From positions 223,831-287,830 of the forward strand of contig JBMFVE010000001.1 in NCBI GenBank assembly GCA_049966155.1: DNA of 64,000 nt, read 5' to 3'. The stretch comes from Candidatus Kryptoniota bacterium. Its GTDB lineage: Bacteria > Bacteroidota > Ignavibacteria > Kryptoniales > JAKASW01. Shown one piece after another: positions 31,261 through 39,749 of the stretch. Numbering within the stretch: the first letter of the stretch is position 1; the number at the start of each line of letters is the position of its first letter. A program made the translations under genes and the position numbers. The notes below the pieces were generated by a model. The model was not told where the DNA came from. It searched no databases and worked only from the letters and a program-made list of their open reading frames with translations.

Positions 31261-31891
31261 TATAAACTGTAATGTGGCATTCCGCCAAACACTGCACACA
31301 GATGATCTGCCATCCACTGTAGATTCCATATTAAATTCGGTTGGTAATCGATTGCCGGGCAAAACATACCTTCTAACAGGAAGCCGTAACGTTTATAAAA
31401 TGTCATTGGTAATCATGTACCAGCTCTTAAAGCGCAATATGTGTGTTGTACTTGTTGATGGCGCAAATCGTTTTGAATTATATTCGTTGACCCGGCAGGC
31501 TGAAACGGATAATATTGAACCTTATCAAATCTTACAAAAAGTTTTTATTTCGCGTGTTTTTACTGCTTACCAAATGGATGGCTTGATAACAGGTGGCGTG
31601 CAACCATTTATGAAACAAATAAACTCACACGCGTTGTTCATTTTTGGTCCTCTTCATACGTTTTATGATGACCATGTACCACTCAAGGACTCTATTCAAA
31701 GTCTTGATCGGATAAGACTCACACTTGATTTCATGAAGGAAGAAGGCGTGTCAATTGTTATTGCCTCAGAATTTCTCGTCCCTTCAAAGAAGGATAAAAC
31801 AATTCTCTTCAAGAAAATGACTTACATGTCTAATGAGATATATAAACTCGATGATGAATCGTTAAAACTAATTCCTGTTAGGAGGGTGTGA
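31244..31891 (+). CDS. RecA/KaiC-fold protein with degenerate Walker A/B motifs (ImuA-like in logic, family unassigned)
   Basis: 215 aa. STVDSILNSVGNRLPGKTYLLTGSRNVYKMSLV follows the RecA/RadA/KaiC pattern (TGxxxLDxxLGGGLxxGxxxLIxGxxGxGKT). The P-loop reads GSRNVYKM and the Walker B strand reads ALFIFGPL, with no acidic residue. It overlaps the DUF72 3' end by 17 nt; a GTG at 31274 is an alternative start. Confidence 0.55.
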   Translation: MTACFDINCNVAFRQTLHTDDLPSTVDSILNSVGNRLPGKTYLLTGSRNVYKMSLVIMYQLLKRNMCVVLVDGANRFELYSLTRQAETDNIEPYQILQKVFISRVFTAYQMDGLITGGVQPFMKQINSHALFIFGPLHTFYDDHVPLKDSIQSLDRIRLTLDFMKEEGVSIVIASEFLVPSKKDKTILFKKMTYMSNEIYKLDDESLKLIPVRRV

Positions 31892-31893
31892 TA

Positions 31894-32187
31894 ATGGGAC
31901 GTACAGTGCCGACTTTTACAATGGTTATACAAGAGCATCAATTAAGATGGAAAAAATTTAGGGAAGCTCTAAGGAAAGAGGATCAGGAAATATTTGATGA
32001 TCTTTTCCGAGCTCCTAAAATCCATTTAGCTGCATGTGCTTACGCTGCTAATCCAGTACCGTTTGAAAACATAGTTATGTCAATGCTAATTGAAGAACAT
32101 AAACATATAATTCAACTTGAAAAGACACTCTCAAAACTCATGCTTCAACTTCAAACGCTGGAAGAGAGCCATAAAGAAATAATATGA
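31894..32187 (+). CDS. Hypothetical 97-aa protein, predicted mostly helical, no recognisable family
   Basis: An AGGAGG lies 8 nt upstream of the ATG at 31894 (the track start at 31888 is GTG). The stop overlaps the polB ATG (ATGA). The C-terminal third (IIQLEKTLSKLMLQLQTLEESHKEII) looks coiled-coil-like. Confidence 0.6.
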   Translation: MGRTVPTFTMVIQEHQLRWKKFREALRKEDQEIFDDLFRAPKIHLAACAYAANPVPFENIVMSMLIEEHKHIIQLEKTLSKLMLQLQTLEESHKEII

Positions 32188-34439
32188 AAGGATGGTTATT
32201 TGACATTTATGCTTCTCCCAATGGGATGACACTCTGGTTTATCTCTGAAACGGGAAAACGTGTCTCAGCACACGCACCTTTTATCCCCAAATTTTACATC
32301 CATATAGATGAAAACAAAATTGGTCTGATAACAAAAATAGCATCCCGTCTTGGACAGTGTTGTGAAATCTCAAAATGGAAAGAAATGGTCGAAATATACA
32401 GCGGCCAGTGCATTAAAGTTCTCGAAATCCTCGTTAAGGACACAATGAATTTTAGTAAATGCGTTAAGGCTTTTGAAGCTGAGCTTCCTTACTATGTGTT
32501 TTTTAATACCGATCTTTCTCCTGTTCAAATGTTTCTGTTTGAAAAAGATCTGTTTCCGCTTGCCTATGGGGAATATACAATTTCCGGTGACGGAAAGGTT
32601 GTTGAACAAAATACACAAGATAGTCCCGATGCTCTTGATTATAAACTCCCGCCGTTGTCAATTATGTATTTGAAACCATCTATACTTGAGATAGCACCGA
32701 AATATCAGCAAAATATAACACTTGAAGTTGAATATGATGACAAAAACTACATTATTGAAGCAGAAGATGCACAGGAACTGCTCACAAGACTAAATTTTCA
32801 TATTGAACGCTGTGACCCCGATTTGATCATAAGCCATTATGGAGATAGCTCTATCTTTCCCTGGCTGGTATCACTGTCAAGTAAGTTTAAGGTACCACTT
32901 AAACTAAACCGCGATCCGACTGCACCATTTGCACGCAAACATGACGTTAGTTACTGGAGCTACGGACAGATAATTTATAAGGCGGGGTCCTTTGAACTTG
33001 CCGGAAGGTGGCACCTCGACGTGGAAAACTCCTTCATAATAGACCAGTCCGATTTGCCCGGACTTTTTGAGCTTGCAAGATTAACCAGGATCCCTATCCA
33101 GAGACAGGCACGGGAAACAATTGGAACTGGATTGTCATCGTTGCAGCTGGCCTGGGCTTACAAACATAACATCCTTATACCCTCTAAGAAACAGGAGTGG
33201 GAACAGTTCAAATCAGGATATCAGCTCCTTCTTTCCGATCGAGGTGGACTAATCTTTCTTCCAAAAATTGGCTATCATGAAAATGTTGCTGAACTCGATT
33301 TTGCCTCAATGTATCCAACCCTTATGTGCATTCACAACATCTCGCCCGAAACTGTAAATTGCCAGTGTTGTAGCAACCAAAAAGTACCTGAGCTGGGATA
33401 TACCTTATGTGAAAATAGAAAGGGGATTGTACCTGAAACACTGGAAGCTGTTCTGAGCAAAAGGACTGCATACAAAAAGCGCGAGAAGGAAGCAAAAACC
33501 AATAAAGAGAAAAGCGAATATCATCAAAGACAAATAGCCCTTAAGTGGCTGCTTGTAACATGTTTCGGATACCTTGGATATAAAAATGCTCGATTTGGAA
33601 GAATAGAGGCTCATGAATCTGTCAACGCCTTTTCCAGAGATGCGCTTTTAAAGGCTAAGGCAATTGCTGAGGAGCGGGGATTTGAAATTGTTCACGGAAT
33701 AGTGGATTGCTTATGGTTAAAAAAGGATGGTGCCAGCGCTGATGATTACATCAAATTGAGTGATGAAATATCAAAGGAAACAGGTGTAAGCATAAGTTTT
33801 GACGGAATATATAAATGGATACTTTTTCCAAACTCGAGAACCGATCCGGAAATTCCCACCTCTAATAGGTATGTGGGAGTATATACAAACAATGAGTTGA
33901 AAGTGCGAGGGCTGGAAGTACGCCGTGGCGATGCCCCACTTTTCGTAAAAAAAGTACAAGCAGATGTACTTAAACTTATGACAACCGCCTCTGGAATAGA
34001 AGAGCTAAAGCATATGGCATCTGAGATTATCCAGGTAATGAAGATACATCTTGAAAGACTTGCAACTGGTCGCGTTGATCCTCTTGAATTAGTTATTAAA
34101 CGTACAATTTCAAAAGAAGCAGATGAGTACATGAATCAAAGCATGCAGGCAATTGTCGCAAAGACAATGGCAGAAGAAGGTGTTGCATTAATGCCTGGAG
34201 AGACAGCTGAATTTATAATCATAGACAGTACGGGTAAAAAATACCCACAAAAAGTTAAACCTTTTTTGTTTTACAAACCCGAAGATGGATATGACATTGA
34301 CAAATATACAGAGCTTACCATCAAGTCAATAGAGATCCTGCTAAATCCTCTTGGATACGATTACGACTGGATTGCAGAACAGCTAATTACCAACATATTT
34401 ACCAATCCATCCCAGCACGGTATCGTACCACAACTTTGA
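32184..34439 (+). CDS. polB: Family-B DNA polymerase, archaeal/Pol II-like, with degenerate exonuclease motifs
   Basis: 751 aa and collinear by eye with archaeal PolB. DPDLIISHYGDSSIFPWL corresponds to DPDIIxxYNGDxFDxPYL. Motif A is LDFASMYPTL, motif B is KWLLVTCFGYLGY, motif C is HGIVDC, and the distal region reads NRY...VRGLEVRRGD. See the findings for the motif losses. Confidence 0.9.
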   Translation: MKGWLFDIYASPNGMTLWFISETGKRVSAHAPFIPKFYIHIDENKIGLITKIASRLGQCCEISKWKEMVEIYSGQCIKVLEILVKDTMNFSKCVKAFEAELPYYVFFNTDLSPVQMFLFEKDLFPLAYGEYTISGDGKVVEQNTQDSPDALDYKLPPLSIMYLKPSILEIAPKYQQNITLEVEYDDKNYIIEAEDAQELLTRLNFHIERCDPDLIISHYGDSSIFPWLVSLSSKFKVPLKLNRDPTAPFARKHDVSYWSYGQIIYKAGSFELAGRWHLDVENSFIIDQSDLPGLFELARLTRIPIQRQARETIGTGLSSLQLAWAYKHNILIPSKKQEWEQFKSGYQLLLSDRGGLIFLPKIGYHENVAELDFASMYPTLMCIHNISPETVNCQCCSNQKVPELGYTLCENRKGIVPETLEAVLSKRTAYKKREKEAKTNKEKSEYHQRQIALKWLLVTCFGYLGYKNARFGRIEAHESVNAFSRDALLKAKAIAEERGFEIVHGIVDCLWLKKDGASADDYIKLSDEISKETGVSISFDGIYKWILFPNSRTDPEIPTSNRYVGVYTNNELKVRGLEVRRGDAPLFVKKVQADVLKLMTTASGIEELKHMASEIIQVMKIHLERLATGRVDPLELVIKRTISKEADEYMNQSMQAIVAKTMAEEGVALMPGETAEFIIIDSTGKKYPQKVKPFLFYKPEDGYDIDKYTELTIKSIEILLNPLGYDYDWIAEQLITNIFTNPSQHGIVPQL

Positions 34440-36524
34440 ATCCAGCGGTTTTGTCACAAAATGATATTCATTTGGGAAATATAGCATCTCTGAGGGAACA
34501 CCTTGCATTTGAAGTGCAGTGAAGAGCTGAAATCCTTGACTGACATCGAGGCGAAAATCGTTTTGACTGTGAATTACGAGCATTGGCGTTTTGAAGTTCC
34601 TCACGTACGTGCTGGGGGACCATCTTTTGTACATCTCGGGATTTGACCACGGGGTTCCTTTGAATTCCCACAACGGAAACCAGAGTTCTTCGGTGGAACC
34701 GAATGCACTTGCCGCATCAAATAAGCCATCATGGCTCACGAAGCATTTAAAAATCCCGCTGTCATTGTGCCCCTCCATCCAGTTAATCATGTAACCACCA
34801 TACGACGCACCTGCAGCTGCAATCTTGTTTTTATCGATAAAGGAATAATGGCTGATGACATAATTGACCCCTTTCATGAGGTCAGCATAAACCTTGCCGC
34901 CCCAGTCTCCACTTATCTCATTTGTAAATTTCTGCCCGTAACCGGTTGAACCTCGTGGGTTTATCATGACTGCAACATATCCGGGCGCAGCAAAGAGTTC
35001 AGCATTCCATCTGTAGTGAAATTCGTCCATCCATTGCCCCTGAGGTCCTCCATGAATCAGCAAGATCATGGGGTACTTGCTCCCTGGCTCAAAATGCGGT
35101 GGTTTAACTATAAATCCCTCAACTTTTGTCCCCCCTGCGCCGGTAAACCAAAATGGTTCCCAGGGATTCATTTCAAGCTGTGTAAGAAGCGAATCGTTTG
35201 CATGCGTAAGCTGTGTAATTTCATGTGTCTGCAAGTTCATTTTGTAAATATCATTCGGATGAGTTACCGACTGGCGAAGAAAAACGAGATACTTGCCATC
35301 AGAGGTAATCCTAAGTTCAGTGATTGTGGAATTGTCTGTTATCTTCTGAATTTTACCAGTTGATACATCAACTTCAAAAATATCGTGATATCCCTTATCG
35401 TCGGAATCAAAATAGAGCTTCCTGCCGTCTGGCGACCATACCACTTCATCGACTGATCGATCGAATTTTTCCGTCAAATCAATGGTTTTTCTCTTTCCTT
35501 TCACTCCATTTGGAGCCCTTCTGTCGTACAACATTAACCTTTCTCTATCAGATTCAAAACCTGGGGTCAATTGTGCTCTATAGGCAATATAACGGCCATC
35601 AGGGGAATAAATAGGCTGATTGTCATTTCCCTTGTTGGTAGTAATGCGCCTGGATACACCACCATTTAAGCTTACAGTGAACAAATCATTATTGGTACTA
35701 ACGGCTATCATTTTATCGGTATTTTTTACATAGCATACCTCTTTGCTATCAGGGGAAAAGGAATAATCGATTCGGCCTCCAAGGTCAATTGGAGGAGTGT
35801 CGTAATCTCCAGGCGTCAAATCTCTCGTAGTACCGCTGTCGACGCTAACTACAAACAAATGGCTTCGCTTGCCATCTTTCCAGTAATTCCAGACTCGATA
35901 CGGAAGTGTCGTAAATATTTTTGCCCTGACCTTCCCGTTTTCAAGTTCTTTTTCACGTACCGCGTTTGCAGAATCAGTTTTGCAATCTGGAAAGACGCTG
36001 GAAGCAAACGCAATATATTTGCCATCTGGCGACCACAATAGTCCGCTCACACCAAGCACAGTGCTTGTGATTTTTCTCGGATTTCCTCCGTTCACTCTCT
36101 CAACGTATATTTGCTGCACACCATCCGTGTCATCAGCTACAAAAGCCATTTCCCTGCCGTCAGGCGACCATGAAGGTTCACTAACTGATTTCAGTCCGGT
36201 CTCAAATTTTCTCGGAGTACCTCCATTTATAGAAACAAAAAAGATTCTGCTCGTTCCACTATTAGTATTCATATTGTAAGTGGTAACAACGTATGCAATC
36301 GTTTTTCCGTCAGGTGATACCTGTGGATTGGAGACTCTCGCAACCTTCCACATGTCTTCAACTGTAATGGGGTGTCTCTCCTCTATTTTAATTGAACGAT
36401 TATCAATTTGCGCATAAGCAATGATTGGGATTAAAAATAAACTCAAAGTTAAGAGATTGATCAACCTTTGCACAACAGCTCCTTTTTTTGAAGGGTTAAC
36501 TAATGAAAGAATTAAAGGCCTCAT
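34383..36524 (-). CDS. S9-family serine peptidase (prolyl oligopeptidase/dipeptidyl peptidase type) with an N-terminal beta-propeller
   Basis: 713 aa with a signal-like N-terminus, repeated SPDG[KR] PD40/TolB-like blades and a C-terminal alpha/beta hydrolase with the nucleophile elbow GASYGGYM. The 3' end overlaps the polB 3' end by 57 nt. Confidence 0.85.
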   Translation of the reverse strand: MRPLILSLVNPSKKGAVVQRLINLLTLSLFLIPIIAYAQIDNRSIKIEERHPITVEDMWKVARVSNPQVSPDGKTIAYVVTTYNMNTNSGTSRIFFVSINGGTPRKFETGLKSVSEPSWSPDGREMAFVADDTDGVQQIYVERVNGGNPRKITSTVLGVSGLLWSPDGKYIAFASSVFPDCKTDSANAVREKELENGKVRAKIFTTLPYRVWNYWKDGKRSHLFVVSVDSGTTRDLTPGDYDTPPIDLGGRIDYSFSPDSKEVCYVKNTDKMIAVSTNNDLFTVSLNGGVSRRITTNKGNDNQPIYSPDGRYIAYRAQLTPGFESDRERLMLYDRRAPNGVKGKRKTIDLTEKFDRSVDEVVWSPDGRKLYFDSDDKGYHDIFEVDVSTGKIQKITDNSTITELRITSDGKYLVFLRQSVTHPNDIYKMNLQTHEITQLTHANDSLLTQLEMNPWEPFWFTGAGGTKVEGFIVKPPHFEPGSKYPMILLIHGGPQGQWMDEFHYRWNAELFAAPGYVAVMINPRGSTGYGQKFTNEISGDWGGKVYADLMKGVNYVISHYSFIDKNKIAAAGASYGGYMINWMEGHNDSGIFKCFVSHDGLFDAASAFGSTEELWFPLWEFKGTPWSNPEMYKRWSPSTYVRNFKTPMLVIHSQNDFRLDVSQGFQLFTALQMQGVPSEMLYFPNEYHFVTKPLDSKLWYDTVLGWIGKYVGN

Positions 36525-36570
36525 ATATCTCCTTTTTTCGCATCGCTGACGTTAGTGCCATGCATCTTCA

Positions 36571-38286
36571 TCAACCGTGATTTGGTTGTGACTTCTCAAT
36601 CTTTGCCCATGTATCTTTCAATGTCACTGAACGATTGAATATTATATTGTCAGCTCTGGAATCATCGTCTACACAAAAATACCCCAGCCGCTCAAACTGA
36701 AACCTGTCCTGTGCTTTAACTTTTGTTAAACCTTGCTCAGCCTTACATCCCTTAATTATCTTCAAAGAATCTGGATTAATATAATCTCTCCAGTTGTCAC
36801 CACCAGGATCCTCTACAGTAAACAATCTATCATACAATCTTACCTCCACATCAATTGAATGTTCAGCGGAAACCCAGTGAATTGTTCCTTTCACCTTTTT
36901 TGAGCTTCCCGGGAGGCCGGTTCTTGTTTCAGGATAATAAATACAGCGGACTTCAATTATCTCCCCACTATTTTTATCCCTCACCACATCTATACACTTA
37001 ATGATGTAAGCGTATCTTAAGCGCACTTCAGCACCGGGAGATAATCTGTGATATCCCTTTGGAGGGTTTTCACGAAAATCGGCCTGTTCAATATAAAGCA
37101 CGCGTGAAAACGGGATCTTTCGAGTTCCCATTGACAAATCTTCCGGGTTGTTTACTGCATCAAGCTCTTCGCTCTTGCCTTCCGGATAGTTATCAATCAC
37201 AAGCTTAAGTGGATTTAAAACAACCATTGCACGGGGCGCTCTCTTGTTAAGATCATCTCTCAGGCAATTTTCGAGAACCGACACATCAATTATGCTTTCC
37301 GCCTTTGAAACCCCTATTCGATCAGCAAACATACGGATAGATTCAGGTGTATAACCACGACGCCTCAAACCGGAAATTGTTGGCATGCGCGGATCATCCC
37401 ACCCGCTTACATATCCTTCCTGCACAAGCTGTAAAAGACGTCTTTTACTCATTACGGTATAGGTAAGGTTCAACCGTGCAAACTCGACCTGCCTTGGATG
37501 ATGAATTCCCAGTTCATCAAGAAACCAATTATATAGAGGACGATGGTCTTCAAACTCCAAGGTGCAAATAGAGTGAGTGATACCTTCTATTGAATCTGAT
37601 TGTCCGTGAGCCCAGTCATAAGTTGGGTATATACACCACTTATTTCCAGTTCTATGGTGACTTGCATGGAGGATACGATACATCACCGGGTCCCTCATAT
37701 TAAGATTTGGAGAGGACATATCGATCTTCGCCCGCAGCGTTTTTGATCCGTCAGGGAATTCCCCCCTGCGCATTCGTTCAAACAAATCAAGATTTTCTTC
37801 CACAGTTCGATTGCGGTATGGACTTTCCTTTCCTGGCTCTGTCAGTGTACCTCTATACTCACGAATTTCCTCTGCACTGAGATCACACACGTAGGCCTTT
37901 CCTTTTTTAATCAGCCTAACAGCGTATTCATACAGCCTTTCAAAATAGTCGGAGGCATAATAAAGCCTATCCCCCCAGTCAAATCCCAGCCACCTGACGT
38001 CTTTCATAATAGACTCAACATACTCAACATCCTCTTTTGTTGGATTTGTATCATCAAATCGCAAATTACAAAGTCCGTTGTAATCTTCCGCAAGCCCAAA
38101 ATTAAGACAAATTGATTTTGCATGTCCAATATGCAGATATCCATTAGGTTCGGGGGGAAAACGAGTATGAACAGTTTTGTATCTCCCAATCTTCAAATCT
38201 TCATCTATGATATCACGAATGAAGTTCCTTCGCTCAATTGGTTCGTCTATGCCTTTTCCTTTTTCTGCATCTGTAATTTCTTTCAT
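36571..38286 (-). CDS. glnS: Glutamine--tRNA ligase
   Basis: 571 aa with the HIGH region [14 protein letters not shown], the VMSKR loop and the GlnRS-type C-terminal anticodon-binding beta-barrels. Confidence 0.9.
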   Translation of the reverse strand: MKEITDAEKGKGIDEPIERRNFIRDIIDEDLKIGRYKTVHTRFPPEPNGYLHIGHAKSICLNFGLAEDYNGLCNLRFDDTNPTKEDVEYVESIMKDVRWLGFDWGDRLYYASDYFERLYEYAVRLIKKGKAYVCDLSAEEIREYRGTLTEPGKESPYRNRTVEENLDLFERMRRGEFPDGSKTLRAKIDMSSPNLNMRDPVMYRILHASHHRTGNKWCIYPTYDWAHGQSDSIEGITHSICTLEFEDHRPLYNWFLDELGIHHPRQVEFARLNLTYTVMSKRRLLQLVQEGYVSGWDDPRMPTISGLRRRGYTPESIRMFADRIGVSKAESIIDVSVLENCLRDDLNKRAPRAMVVLNPLKLVIDNYPEGKSEELDAVNNPEDLSMGTRKIPFSRVLYIEQADFRENPPKGYHRLSPGAEVRLRYAYIIKCIDVVRDKNSGEIIEVRCIYYPETRTGLPGSSKKVKGTIHWVSAEHSIDVEVRLYDRLFTVEDPGGDNWRDYINPDSLKIIKGCKAEQGLTKVKAQDRFQFERLGYFCVDDDSRADNIIFNRSVTLKDTWAKIEKSQPNHG

Positions 38287-38291
38287 AAAAA

Positions 38292-39749
38292 CTACTGAAG
38301 CCTTTCTATTGCAAGATTAATTCTGCGTATTGTCTCGTCTTTACCCAGTATCGATACTATGTCGAATAACCCGGGGCCTTCTCCTTTTCCGGAAACTGCC
38401 AATCTCAAAGGATGGGTGAGCTCGCCCCTCGGAACTTTAAGCTGAGTGGCAACTGAATTCAAAGCAGCCTCGTAATCCTCCTTTTGAGGATTCACCAATT
38501 TTGAAAATTTGTCCACAATTAATCTAAGATACTCTGCGCTCTCTTTCTTCCATCGCTTTCTGACAACTTCAGGATCATATTGAGAGGGTTCTAAAAAAAA
38601 ATAAGTGCACTTCTCAAAATATTCACGAATAAACGAGGCCCTATCTCTCATCACTGCAATAACCTTAAGCAAATACTCATCAGAAAAGGATGGAATGTTT
38701 TGAGATAATCTGGAAAGGTATTCCTTGAACATCGACAGAATTTCAGCTTCTGATTTTCTTCGCAGGTGCTGAAAGTTCAGCCAGTCAAGTTTCTCTATGT
38801 TAAAGACTGCACCCGACTTATTTACCCTTTCAAGGGAAAATTCCTTTACTAACTCGTCAAGGGTGAAAATTTCCCTGTCATCACCCGGGTTCCAGCCAAG
38901 AAGAGCAACAAAATTTATAAGAGCTTCTTTTAAGTAGCCTTTTGCCCGATATTCTTCGACAGCAACATCACCCTGTCTCTTGCTCAACTTTGATTTATCG
39001 GGATTCAATAAAAGGGGCAAATGAGCAAAAGCCGGCCTTTCCCAACCAAAATAGTCGTACAAAAGAACGTGCTTTGGCGTACTTGAAAGCCATTCTTCTC
39101 CGCGAATTACGTGAGAAATAGCCATCATATGGTCATCGACAACATTAGCCAGATGATAGGTTGGATAACCGTCTGTCTTCAGCAGCACCTGATCGTCTAT
39201 CTGCTCACTTGAGAACTCAACCTCACCACGAATTAAATCTATGAATTTTATCTTTGTATGATCGGGCACTTTTAGGCGAATAACAAATGATTTTCCTGAA
39301 GCAATATTTGCTTTAATTTCCTCATCTCTCAACCTGAGACACGTTCGGTCATATTTTACAGGAAGCTTCTGGCGTTCAAGGTCCTTTCTCATTCTTTCCA
39401 GACGCTCAGGAGTACAAAAGCAACGATAAGCAAGTCCTTTTTCAACCAAAACATCCGTGTGGCGCTTGTAAATATCTAGCCTCTTGCTTTGCACATAAGG
39501 ACCATACTCGCCTCCGACATCGGGGCCCTCATCGTAATTCAATCCAGCCCACTTTAAACTCTCTATCAGGTTCTCAATAGCATCTTCGACATAACGACTG
39601 CGGTCTGTGTCTTCTATTCTAAGGATAAATCTGCCATTTGATTTTCTAGCAAACAAAAAATTATAAAGTGCCGTCCTGAGACCACCAACGTGTAAGTATC
39701 CGGTCGGACTCGGAGCAAATCTGACTCTAATTTGTTCTGAATTTTTCAT
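38292..39749 (-). CDS. gltX: Glutamate--tRNA ligase
   Basis: 485 aa with [18 protein letters not shown] and KLSKRQG. ATGA overlap with the upstream response-regulator gene. Confidence 0.9.
   Translation of the reverse strand: MKNSEQIRVRFAPSPTGYLHVGGLRTALYNFLFARKSNGRFILRIEDTDRSRYVEDAIENLIESLKWAGLNYDEGPDVGGEYGPYVQSKRLDIYKRHTDVLVEKGLAYRCFCTPERLERMRKDLERQKLPVKYDRTCLRLRDEEIKANIASGKSFVIRLKVPDHTKIKFIDLIRGEVEFSSEQIDDQVLLKTDGYPTYHLANVVDDHMMAISHVIRGEEWLSSTPKHVLLYDYFGWERPAFAHLPLLLNPDKSKLSKRQGDVAVEEYRAKGYLKEALINFVALLGWNPGDDREIFTLDELVKEFSLERVNKSGAVFNIEKLDWLNFQHLRRKSEAEILSMFKEYLSRLSQNIPSFSDEYLLKVIAVMRDRASFIREYFEKCTYFFLEPSQYDPEVVRKRWKKESAEYLRLIVDKFSKLVNPQKEDYEAALNSVATQLKVPRGELTHPLRLAVSGKGEGPGLFDIVSILGKDETIRRINLAIERLQ

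Noticed and set aside
32184-34439. The PolB as the hallmark of a self-synthesising mobile element (pipolin or casposon) or a prophage.
   Set aside because: I found no Cas1, integrase, excisionase, terminal inverted repeats, att-like direct repeats or phage structural genes in or near the block. piPolB enzymes and casposon polymerases retain exonuclease motifs, whereas this one does not. The first gene has a LexA-type rather than a phage CI-type N-terminal domain.
29434-34439. Atypical base composition of the cassette as evidence for horizontal transfer.
   Set aside because: My hand counts of 120-nt samples were inconsistent. I counted roughly 28 percent GC at 30481-30600 and roughly 51 percent at 33001-33120, against roughly 42 percent in the flank at 28201-28320. 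No claim is possible without a proper sliding-window calculation.
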